NCBI GenBank assembly: GCA_015523565.1
Contig: WAKA01000004.1
Location: 1-22,536, forward strand
Length of the DNA: 22,536 nt
Direction: 5' to 3'
From: Candidatus Heimdallarchaeota archaeon
GTDB lineage: Archaea > Asgardarchaeota > Heimdallarchaeia > Heimdallarchaeales > Kariarchaeaceae
The position numbers and the translations under genes were made by a program. Under the pieces are notes generated by a model, which made no database searches, was not told where the DNA came from, and worked only from the letters and a program-made list of their open reading frames with translations. Within the stretch, counting starts at the first letter, position 1. Every line of letters begins with the position of its first letter. Below, piece by piece: positions 7,779 to 15,637 of the stretch.

Positions 7779-8357
7779 TATTTCAGATTGCACTTCCATT
7801 TCAGGAATTGGTTCTTCTTCAACACCCTTCACTAATTTTTCCTGTTGTTTAAGATATTCATCCTTTGCCATCAATGAAATAACAGTGGCACTGGCAACCA
7901 AAAGCCAGTTGAAAACTTGCGTTTCTACATTCTCACCCATTTCAAACAATTCCCAAGGACGATCCGTCACTCTTTGCAAACTCAATGCCTCCATCACCTG
8001 TGACTTTGAGAGGCTCCCCAACTTAGAACTATCAGGAATGACAAGAGCCACAGGTTTTGGAATTCCCTGCCAAACGAAATACTCCCAAAAGTTTCTTCTC
8101 ATCTCACTGACATTTTCATCGTTGATATCCAAAACGAGTGCAATACCATCTATCTCAGGCATTTTGTTAGGAAATCGAAAACCTTCCAAGCTGTCAACTT
8201 CAATCAAATCCCAGTTAATTGTTTTCACATCTTCGTCTTTTGGAGAAAGCTCTATCAACTTTTGCAGTAAGGGACTTGTTTTCCCCACCCTGATGAAAAG
8301 AAAATCAAGCCTGCCATAGTCATTACGCTCCAGTAAAAAATTAAGCAACCGTTTCAC
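7713..8357 (-). CDS. Arf-family small GTPase-like protein with degenerate nucleotide-binding motifs (pseudo-GTPase)
   Basis: Collinear similarity to Arf: GKTS.LLQKL, INWDL, IDGIALVLDINDENVSEMR, VALVI, LSKSQVMEALSLQRVTDRPWELF, VFNWL. GTG start with GGAGG upstream. G1, G3 and G4 are not canonical. Confidence 0.6.
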   Translation of the reverse strand: MKRLLNFLLERNDYGRLDFLFIRVGKTSPLLQKLIELSPKDEDVKTINWDLIEVDSLEGFRFPNKMPEIDGIALVLDINDENVSEMRRNFWEYFVWQGIPKPVALVIPDSSKLGSLSKSQVMEALSLQRVTDRPWELFEMGENVETQVFNWLLVASATVISLMAKDEYLKQQEKLVKGVEEEPIPEMEVQSEILPKKRSKKRKGKKKKGRQESQ

Positions 8358-8433
8358 AATTCCTGTTGCCTCCTACCACTTAAATAAAGATTGATAGCGA
8401 CAGTTCACAATAAAGCAAGAAATAAAAAGACTT

Positions 8434-9078
8434 ATGATAGAAGTAACATACGTGAAAAAAATAATTGTCATTTCAATCTTGTTCATCATTGCATTTTCAA
8501 CACTCCAAGCAAATGCCTATAGTGAGAAAAACGGTATTGAAAGGGGAGATAACGTAAGAATGGCATATAAGGGAGTATTGCCAAATGGAACCGTGTTCGA
8601 CCAAAAAGACGACATAGTGTTCAAAAACATGGATTATGGAAACTATATCGAAGGATTTGTTGACAATGTCCTTGGAATGAAAATAGGGGACAAAAAAACT
8701 TTTGATGTACCCCCTGAAAAGGGATATACAAATCCAGACCATTACCTATATGGCTTTACACTTCGTTTTACCGTTGAGATCTTGGGAATTGAAGGATACA
8801 CACCAGGACAAGACAATGGAAACCAAAAATCAGAGAATTTCATTTCAAAAACGTTTACCTTTGCCGCATGGATTTTTGGAATCATATTAATCCCAGTGGT
8901 TGTTGTGGGAACTTATAGATTCCTCAATGAAAAAGTTGTGAATAAGGCGGCACATATATGTGCAATAGGTGGAGAAAGGGCAGACGGAATTTGTACAAAG
9001 TGCGGAACACCCTATTGCAGATCCCATTTTATCAAAGGATGTCAAAAGTGTGGTGGTGTCACACTCCAACCAAAGTGA
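8434..9078 (+). CDS. Membrane-anchored FKBP-type peptidyl-prolyl isomerase with a C-terminal Cys/His zinc finger
   Basis: Signal-peptide-like KKIIVISILFIIAFSTLQANA (alternative GTG start at 8452). FKBP motifs GD.V...YKG.L.NGTVFD, I.GF...V.GMKIGDKK...VPPEKGY and TLRF.VEIL. A TM helix follows, then C..G..A...CTKCGTPYCRSH...CQKC. Confidence 0.88.
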   Translation: MIEVTYVKKIIVISILFIIAFSTLQANAYSEKNGIERGDNVRMAYKGVLPNGTVFDQKDDIVFKNMDYGNYIEGFVDNVLGMKIGDKKTFDVPPEKGYTNPDHYLYGFTLRFTVEILGIEGYTPGQDNGNQKSENFISKTFTFAAWIFGIILIPVVVVGTYRFLNEKVVNKAAHICAIGGERADGICTKCGTPYCRSHFIKGCQKCGGVTLQPK

Positions 9079-9084
9079 AGAAAC

Positions 9085-10005
9085 TTGCCAAATGAAAGAA
9101 TTTTAAGTAAACGCTATAGGACAGACCTTCATGTAGTTAGGTCTTTAGTCAATTCATTAGGATACAACGAAACAGAAGCAATTCTAAAAATGCATCCTTC
9201 TGATATTAGGGTCACTGCACGGGTGAATTTGTTGAAGACGACAAGAAAAAAGGCGATCAAGGCATTGAAACAAGAAGGAATCAGGGCATTGGAGATTGAT
9301 GAAATTCCTGAGGGAATTGAAATTATCCATGGTCAACCAAAGCTTGGACACTCAATCGCATATCTTCAAGGACTGGTGACACCCCAAGGACTTGGATCCA
9401 TGACTACCGTGCATATCCTAGATCCTAAACCAGACGAATTGATATGGGACATGGCAGCCGCTCCTGGAGGGAAAACCACATTCATCGCTGAAAGAATGAG
9501 AAACAGGGGCTGGTTGATTGCAAACGATATAAACAGGGCAAGACTACGGGCTGTGCAAGCAAACATCAAAAGGCATGGAATTACAAACACCATCATTACC
9601 CATCACGACGCAACAGACCTAAAGCTACCTCTACAGTTTGATAAAATTCTCCTTGATGCACCATGCACTGGTGAAGGACTGTTGGTTTCCCAACCAAGAA
9701 GAAGAACCTCAAAAGACATCTCAGACCCATTTGTACTTCAAAGAATGCAGCAAAGGCTTCTCCACAATGCACTAAAACATCTCAAGCCAAGAGGAACGTT
9801 GGTGTATTCAACATGTTCACTTAATGTAACCGAAAATGAAGAAGTAATCAAACCATTCTTGAACCAAGCCCAATTGCTAAAAGTGGAGATGCAAATAAAG
9901 ATCAAACCCGTCAATTCCCCCATATTTGAACAAGCAATTCGCCTTCTCCCTTCAAGACATGGATGTGACGGGTTTTTCATTGCAAAACTCAGGAAGAAGG
10001 GATAA
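9085..10005 (+). CDS. NOL1/NOP2/Sun (RsmB/RsmF) family RNA m5C methyltransferase
   Basis: RVNLLK, DMAAAPGGKTT, ANDI, FDKILLDAPCTGEG, LVYSTCS...ENE, DGFFIAKLRK. Both catalytic Cys motifs (PC, TC) are intact. TTG start. Confidence 0.95.
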   Translation: MPNERILSKRYRTDLHVVRSLVNSLGYNETEAILKMHPSDIRVTARVNLLKTTRKKAIKALKQEGIRALEIDEIPEGIEIIHGQPKLGHSIAYLQGLVTPQGLGSMTTVHILDPKPDELIWDMAAAPGGKTTFIAERMRNRGWLIANDINRARLRAVQANIKRHGITNTIITHHDATDLKLPLQFDKILLDAPCTGEGLLVSQPRRRTSKDISDPFVLQRMQQRLLHNALKHLKPRGTLVYSTCSLNVTENEEVIKPFLNQAQLLKVEMQIKIKPVNSPIFEQAIRLLPSRHGCDGFFIAKLRKKG

Positions 10006-10008
10006 ACC

Positions 10009-10464
10009 ATGATAATTTCAAAAGAAGAAGCAGAAGAAATCCTTAGAGACGAAATCGGGATTTTTGTACAATTGAAAGACAAGGGAAATTACATGATCCT
10101 CAAATCCGAGGGGAAAACACGACTTTCATGGATCAGGGGAACACCACCCACAATTGAAGAGGACATGGTAGAAGTGGGATTCCAACTCGCCGCATATGAC
10201 GATAAAAGGAAACAGGTATTTCCAACAATCATGGATTGCATTGCCAATGTCCCCACACTTGAAATTTCATCATTCAAAATACAGAACACAGTGACAAAAG
10301 GAAAACCTGTGAAAATTGAGCGGTTCCAAGAGTTTGAAGGACAGCAGGTAATCTTGACTGCAAATGACCATCCCCTTGCATTGGGCATGATTCTCTTTGG
10401 GGAATTTCAACCAATCATTGATGTGGGATGGTATTTACGAGCCGCAGAAAAACAACAATCCTAA
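10009..10464 (+). CDS. NIP7/PUA-like ribosome biogenesis protein (divergent)
   Basis: The C-terminal VIL.....PLALG...IIDVGWYLR resembles the NIP7 family end (D.G.YLR). It lies 3 bp downstream of the Nop2-family methyltransferase, and the size fits. Confidence 0.6.
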   Translation: MIISKEEAEEILRDEIGIFVQLKDKGNYMILKSEGKTRLSWIRGTPPTIEEDMVEVGFQLAAYDDKRKQVFPTIMDCIANVPTLEISSFKIQNTVTKGKPVKIERFQEFEGQQVILTANDHPLALGMILFGEFQPIIDVGWYLRAAEKQQS

Positions 10465-11123
10465 TCAGCCAATATCTTAGACACTTCTTTCATCTCTGTT
10501 GACCATGAATCATATTCAAATGCAAAAATCAATGCAAATATGGCAACCTTATATGCATAAATGAAAACAAGGATATTCCAAAATTGTAGATCCAGTGGAA
10601 TAATTGTATAATTCACTACACCAGATATGAACATCACAAATGAAAAAATGAAGTCGGCAATTGCCAAGATTCTTAGTCTACGACCTCGTGAATATGCCAA
10701 TGGAGACAATGCAATCAAATACAACGAAACGGAAAAGAACAACGACCCCAACGGAGAAATCCAATAAAGTGTTGTGAATGCCAAAGGAAGCTTGACGTCA
10801 TATATCAAAAGGGAAAACACCATGATAAATCTACCTAGAAAGGAAAACAATAAAAAGGGAATAACAGTCCCCAATAATTTTTTGTCAATTCTCAAGGCCA
10901 TCGCAGGAAACGCATAGACATTTACAAGCCAATCCCCTAAAAGGATCAAACCTACAATAATGGTCACCAATGTAGAAGGGGCCCGCCTAAAGAAAAATTG
11001 AAAGCCAATTGTCTGAACAACCGTGGCAGAAAGAAACGCCATCGCAAAAAATTGCAAGCCATTACTCCAAGAAAGATAGCCGATACGTTTCTGTAAATCA
11101 TAATCAGAAACATTTTGATACAT
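10461..11123 (-). CDS. Hypothetical multi-pass membrane protein (about 6 TM helices)
   Basis: 220-aa ORF made of successive hydrophobic segments; no family recognised. Confidence 0.75.
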   Translation of the reverse strand: MYQNVSDYDLQKRIGYLSWSNGLQFFAMAFLSATVVQTIGFQFFFRRAPSTLVTIIVGLILLGDWLVNVYAFPAMALRIDKKLLGTVIPFLLFSFLGRFIMVFSLLIYDVKLPLAFTTLYWISPLGSLFFSVSLYLIALSPLAYSRGRRLRILAIADFIFSFVMFISGVVNYTIIPLDLQFWNILVFIYAYKVAIFALIFAFEYDSWSTEMKEVSKILAD

Positions 11124-11171
11124 AATTTACTCACAATTTTTCATTATAAGACCATTCACAAACCTTTCTGT

Positions 11172-11912
11172 TCATTTGGAACCAAATATCCTGTTCTTGA
11201 GTGGAGTATAAATCTCATCCCGTAGAGTATCAATCCATAGGGTAATGGGATCCAAGATTCTTACATTTCTTTTCTCAATCATGAAAGTGAAAAGAATAGT
11301 CCCGACAAACCCCAATGGTTCTCCCATCCTGTCGTGGGCAAGAGTCCAGGCATACTCATGGGAAACACCAAAATCATATGAAAGGACAGTTGTAATGGCA
11401 ATCATGGCGGCAATCCTGAGGGTATTGCCAATGAACAGGAAAAGCAGAACCAAAAAGGAAGCATTGATCCTGTCCTTTATTTTCGCGGGTGTTGACCAGA
11501 TCAAACCCAACAACAACGACCCTGCCTGCATCCCTGTACAAGCACGGACAATAATGTAATAATTGGGTACACCAACCTCACCTTCAATGGAAATTGCAGG
11601 ATATGTGGCTCGCGAAGAGTCATAAAGATTGTAAAGTATCCGATCAACGAAACCAAGAGCAGAGGTTTGGTCTTCATAGATGAAAAGCCGTGGGTTAAAA
11701 CCAAATATGTTCAGGAAGAAATAGCTAACCTTAGTTGTCAGCATTTCCAGACCAAAATATGGGGGGAATACATAAAGCACCACGGTCATCATGAATGTAA
11801 ATCCAAAAGAATATAATGCATAGTTTCTTCTTTCTTTGCCCTTCAGCGTAAGTAATGGATGGGAATCATCTTCAGTTGGAATCAGTCTTTCAAAATCAGG
11901 TAGTTCCAGCAT
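11172..11912 (-). CDS. Archaeosortase/exosortase family transpeptidase
   Basis: Catalytic triad motifs IIVRACTG (Cys), GNTLRI (Asn/Arg) and LAHD (His) in a multi-TM protein. The ATG at 11912 with upstream GGAG is preferred over the GTG at 11936. Confidence 0.85.
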   Translation of the reverse strand: MLELPDFERLIPTEDDSHPLLTLKGKERRNYALYSFGFTFMMTVVLYVFPPYFGLEMLTTKVSYFFLNIFGFNPRLFIYEDQTSALGFVDRILYNLYDSSRATYPAISIEGEVGVPNYYIIVRACTGMQAGSLLLGLIWSTPAKIKDRINASFLVLLFLFIGNTLRIAAMIAITTVLSYDFGVSHEYAWTLAHDRMGEPLGFVGTILFTFMIEKRNVRILDPITLWIDTLRDEIYTPLKNRIFGSK

Positions 11913-11997
11913 ACATTTTTCTCTCCTTTTATTCACTTAAATAACTATCCTTTCTGGAATACTACAAAGATAAACAGACATGTCTTCTTTTGACAGG

Positions 11998-12525
11998 TCA
12001 TTCCTTCCTTGCCAAAAGCTCATCAATTGCATTGTACATCGTCAAAAATAGACTTTTATAACGATTCAAGTCATCAACACTTTTTTGTGAAAAATATTTC
12101 CTCATTCTAACCCTGAATCTCTCCAAAGTATCTGGATCATTCAAATCAGGCATTTCTCCATGAAACAAGGGGTTGTTGACCCTTAGCTTGTCAAACACTT
12201 TTAAGCCTACAGGAGTGATTTGATACATCTTCTCCTTTTTGTTTTCCGTTTCAACCTCATTGATCATCCCCAGCGACAGCATCTCACTCAAGATTGGATA
12301 AACAGACCCTGGTGATGGAATCCACTTATGGTGGGAGTATTCCGAAATGAAATTGATCAAATCCATGCCTGTCAGCATTGGAAAATTCCCATTGCTGTCA
12401 CGATCACGAAACCGTTTGAGGATGATTAACCTGAGAAAACCGCGTTTCACCTTTTTTTCCCATTTGCCATATGCATCATTGACTTTGGCTTCCAGATCAT
12501 CACTTTCCCTTAAAACAGAAGACAT
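11998..12525 (-). CDS. PadR-family transcriptional regulator
   Basis: RGFLRLIIL...G.DLI..I......W.PSPGSVYPIL..M...G.I...K.YQITPVG, the PadR winged-helix signature. Confidence 0.9.
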   Translation of the reverse strand: MSSVLRESDDLEAKVNDAYGKWEKKVKRGFLRLIILKRFRDRDSNGNFPMLTGMDLINFISEYSHHKWIPSPGSVYPILSEMLSLGMINEVETENKKEKMYQITPVGLKVFDKLRVNNPLFHGEMPDLNDPDTLERFRVRMRKYFSQKSVDDLNRYKSLFLTMYNAIDELLARKE

Positions 12526-12701
12526 TCACACTTACAATATTTCCAGCATTCAAAATCTTTTCGAATTAAGATATGAAATTAAATTTGTCAATTTGTATGA
12601 AAAAAACAATTCAAGCATGCAATGCTTCCCCCAAAACATTTTTATTTGTCAATTCAAGATTATACTTGTTCGCCCGTGGGGGAGAACGGAGGTAATGAGA
12701 A

Positions 12702-14258
12702 ATGTTAATTGGTCTTGTAAGAAGACTGGGTGAGATTAAATCCAATCAGTCTGAACGAATAATACTTGAGACAGCCATTAAAAATCAAAAACCATACAAA
12801 CAGAAGGAGTTCTTCGCGGTTGACGTAAACCTTGAAGATGGGCAATATAAAATCCATCTTGAAGAATATGATTCAAATAAAGAATTATTATATCTCAGGG
12901 GTATTAAGGGAGGTCATTCGGAAAACTTATCTCCAGTCCTCAATGTTAAACCAAAAGAAAAAGAGAAGGAAAAGATACTCAATATTTCGAAGTTTCCTTC
13001 TGAAAATACATTGTTTCGAAAATATGGTCTGAAAAGAGAGGAGTTCCCAATTTATACAAATTTGATCAGATGGTTTGAAAACAAAAAGGAAAATATCCAA
13101 GAAGACATTCAATCACTAATAACACAGAACTACATAAACGAGAAAACAAAAAAAATTGGAAATAATGCCCCTACAATGGTTGTTTTTAAAGTGTTAAAAG
13201 ACGGAGACCATTGTTATCCTGGAGAAATTGATGAGTTTGTACAAGCATACCTCCACATGAATACACCGCCAAAACCAAAAAAATCACAAATTGGCACATG
13301 CATGGCCTGTGGTCAGAAAAAACCATTGACAACCACAAAAGACATTAAAACAGACCTTTTTGAATTCTTTTCCCTTGATTTGAATAATTTTATTATAGGA
13401 ATGGATAATTCCAAAACATGGCAATTGACCCTTTGCTTGGATTGTCAAGACCTTGTAAAACTAGGACTTTCTGTGTTGGACAATGAATTGAAATTCAGGG
13501 CATACACAAAAAAAATTGATTCCAAAAAAACCTTGTTTGTTGATCATTCACTTCTGCCAACTGCTTATGGGGAACAATTAGTTATCCAAGTAATAAACAA
13601 TTTGAAAAAAATCAGAAGGGAAAAATCAGAAGAGGAAAGACAGTCCATCCGTAAAGAAATAGAAGAGATCCAGCAAAGGATGGAAAGAGCAAACAAAAAA
13701 GCAATAAGAAAATTGAAAAGTGAGCTAAAGAAAAAGGAAGAGACATTTGGTAAAATAAAAGACTTTGCACAGATTGATGAAAGAGAGGTGTTGAAACAGT
13801 TTGCTGAAAAAGGAGTATCGTATGTGGACCTCTATTATATCAATGAATCTGTGGGGGTTGGAAACTCAAAAAAGGTATTCATGGACATGACATTTGTCAA
13901 TGCCAAAACTCTGAAGGAACTTTTGACACAGATTGACAGGATTGAACAGGAATTCGCAAGCAAAAACCTCCTTGTCTGGAAAGGAAAACCATACAGGTTT
14001 GAATTCGGAAAATTATATTCACTGTTCACCATAAAGATGGCAGACTTAGTCAGGAAAGCATTACTTACAAGAATCACTGTCAAGGAAAGAGAATTGGCAA
14101 GAGATGCCTTGAAAAGCTTAAGAGACCCATTTTTGAAACTTAATGCAGGGATTGATAAAAACATATGGATCAGTAGGGAGGAATACCATCAACGACTCAG
14201 CACTTTCCTCTTTGTTGACCAACTGTTGAATTCACTCAACCTATTGAAGGAGAAATAA
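12702..14258 (+). CDS. cas8b: CRISPR type I-B large subunit Cas8b (Csh1/TM1802-like), lacking its C-terminal helical domain
   Basis: First gene of the cas operon, upstream of cas7/cas5/cas3. Zn ribbon CMAC...LCLDC, FFSLD..NF, YL.G..G..S.NLSP. GGAGG precedes the ATG. Confidence 0.75.
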   Translation: MLIGLVRRLGEIKSNQSERIILETAIKNQKPYKQKEFFAVDVNLEDGQYKIHLEEYDSNKELLYLRGIKGGHSENLSPVLNVKPKEKEKEKILNISKFPSENTLFRKYGLKREEFPIYTNLIRWFENKKENIQEDIQSLITQNYINEKTKKIGNNAPTMVVFKVLKDGDHCYPGEIDEFVQAYLHMNTPPKPKKSQIGTCMACGQKKPLTTTKDIKTDLFEFFSLDLNNFIIGMDNSKTWQLTLCLDCQDLVKLGLSVLDNELKFRAYTKKIDSKKTLFVDHSLLPTAYGEQLVIQVINNLKKIRREKSEEERQSIRKEIEEIQQRMERANKKAIRKLKSELKKKEETFGKIKDFAQIDEREVLKQFAEKGVSYVDLYYINESVGVGNSKKVFMDMTFVNAKTLKELLTQIDRIEQEFASKNLLVWKGKPYRFEFGKLYSLFTIKMADLVRKALLTRITVKERELARDALKSLRDPFLKLNAGIDKNIWISREEYHQRLSTFLFVDQLLNSLNLLKEK

Positions 14259-14261
14259 AGC

Positions 14262-14705
14262 ATGACCGAAAAATCTTTTGAGGAAAAACTTAGGGAAGAC
14301 AATGCATTCCTTGAGAAAATCTTCAACACAAACTATTTTGAAAACAGACCTGATAGGCAATTGGCTTACCTTGTCGGAAGATATTATTCAAAAGCCACCT
14401 ATCTGCAACAGAGGGAGCTAAAAACAAATAGCCTCATTAAGAAGCTTCCTAATTTCACCAAACGACTAGATCTGCAAAAGATCAATTCAATGATGAACGA
14501 ATGCAATCTGGTGCTGCAGAAAATAGCATCAATGAAGAAAACCAGCAATGTGATGCTTGCAGACCTTAGGAACAGAATTTTTGACCTAATGCAAGCCATT
14601 GAGGAAATCACCAGCGACCATAATGAGCTGGGAATTGCATTCCAAATGGGCTACGACAGCTCACTTGCACAGTTAAGAACTGAAGAGGAGGAAAACAAAA
14701 AATGA
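14262..14705 (+). CDS. cas11: Cas11-like small subunit (equivalent to the Cas8b C-terminal domain), encoded as its own ORF
   Basis: 147-aa all-helical protein between cas8 and cas7. AYLVGRYYSKATYLQ and AFQMGY match the Cas8b/Cas8c C-terminal (Cas11) pattern. AAGGAG precedes the ATG. Confidence 0.7.
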   Translation: MTEKSFEEKLREDNAFLEKIFNTNYFENRPDRQLAYLVGRYYSKATYLQQRELKTNSLIKKLPNFTKRLDLQKINSMMNECNLVLQKIASMKKTSNVMLADLRNRIFDLMQAIEEITSDHNELGIAFQMGYDSSLAQLRTEEEENKK

Positions 14706-15625
14706 ACAAAAGAAGAGAAATCGTATTCATTTATGATGTAAGAGACAGTAATCCAAACGGAGACCCCGATGACCAGAACAGACCAAGAATGGACGAAGAC
14801 GACTATAACGTTGTCACTGACCTAAGACTCAAAAGAACAATCAGAGACTATTGGTTGACAAAAGAGTCGGAAGGAAACCAAGTCTTGGTAAGAAGAAAAG
14901 TCGTGGAAAAAGATGGAACAGTCATGTCAATGAAACAATTGATTAAGGATGCTCTTGCAATAGACAAAGTAGAGGGTGATACCCGCGAAAAGATCAGAAA
15001 GGGACTCCCTGAAAAATTTGTTGATGTAAGGGCATTCGGAGTTGTAGGAACCGTAGAAGGCGCAAATGTTGCATTGACGGGCCCTGTACAGTTCTCCATT
15101 GGAAGATCAATGAACAAGCCAACCATCAAAAGCTATTCCATCTCATCAACAATAGCCTCTGAAGAAGGAAAAGGACAGGGATCATTGGGAGAGTTCCATA
15201 CCATAGACTATTCACTCATCAAGTTTCATGGCATTGCCTGTGAATACAATGCAAAAGAAACCAATTTCACAGAAGATGACCTCAAATATGTCTACGAGGG
15301 AATGTGGAACGGAACCAAAAGACTCAATACCAGAAGCAAAGTCAACCATGTTCCAAGACTTCTTTTGGCGGTTGTTTCCAAAGAAAGAGAATTCCAAATT
15401 GGAGACATAGATAAGGGATTGATCCTTGAAAATGAGGAAGGAATCAAAACACCTGACCAAGCAATCGTCAATATTTCCGGTTTACTTCAAAGGCTCAACC
15501 AATTCAAGAATTCCATTGATTCAATTGAATTGAAGGAGGACGGAACATTGACATTTACTGACGGCTCAAAAACCTCCCAAAAAATAGAAGATTTTCTTGG
15601 AGGATTCAATATCATCCATATCTAA
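14702..15625 (+). CDS. cas7: CRISPR-associated Cas7 (Csh2/Cas7b family)
   Basis: NPNGDPD..NRPRMD, VTD.RLKRTIRDY, DVRAFG, TGPVQFS.GRS, MWNG....TRSK....PRLLL. ATGA overlap with the upstream gene. Confidence 0.95.
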   Translation: MNKRREIVFIYDVRDSNPNGDPDDQNRPRMDEDDYNVVTDLRLKRTIRDYWLTKESEGNQVLVRRKVVEKDGTVMSMKQLIKDALAIDKVEGDTREKIRKGLPEKFVDVRAFGVVGTVEGANVALTGPVQFSIGRSMNKPTIKSYSISSTIASEEGKGQGSLGEFHTIDYSLIKFHGIACEYNAKETNFTEDDLKYVYEGMWNGTKRLNTRSKVNHVPRLLLAVVSKEREFQIGDIDKGLILENEEGIKTPDQAIVNISGLLQRLNQFKNSIDSIELKEDGTLTFTDGSKTSQKIEDFLGGFNIIHI

Positions 15626-15637
15626 GGAGGTCAGGGC

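Noticed and set aside
7693-8319. 208-aa plus-strand ORF
   Set aside because: It is antisense to the Arf-like gene, which has an RBS and recognisable homology. The shadow ORF is Ser-rich with no motifs.
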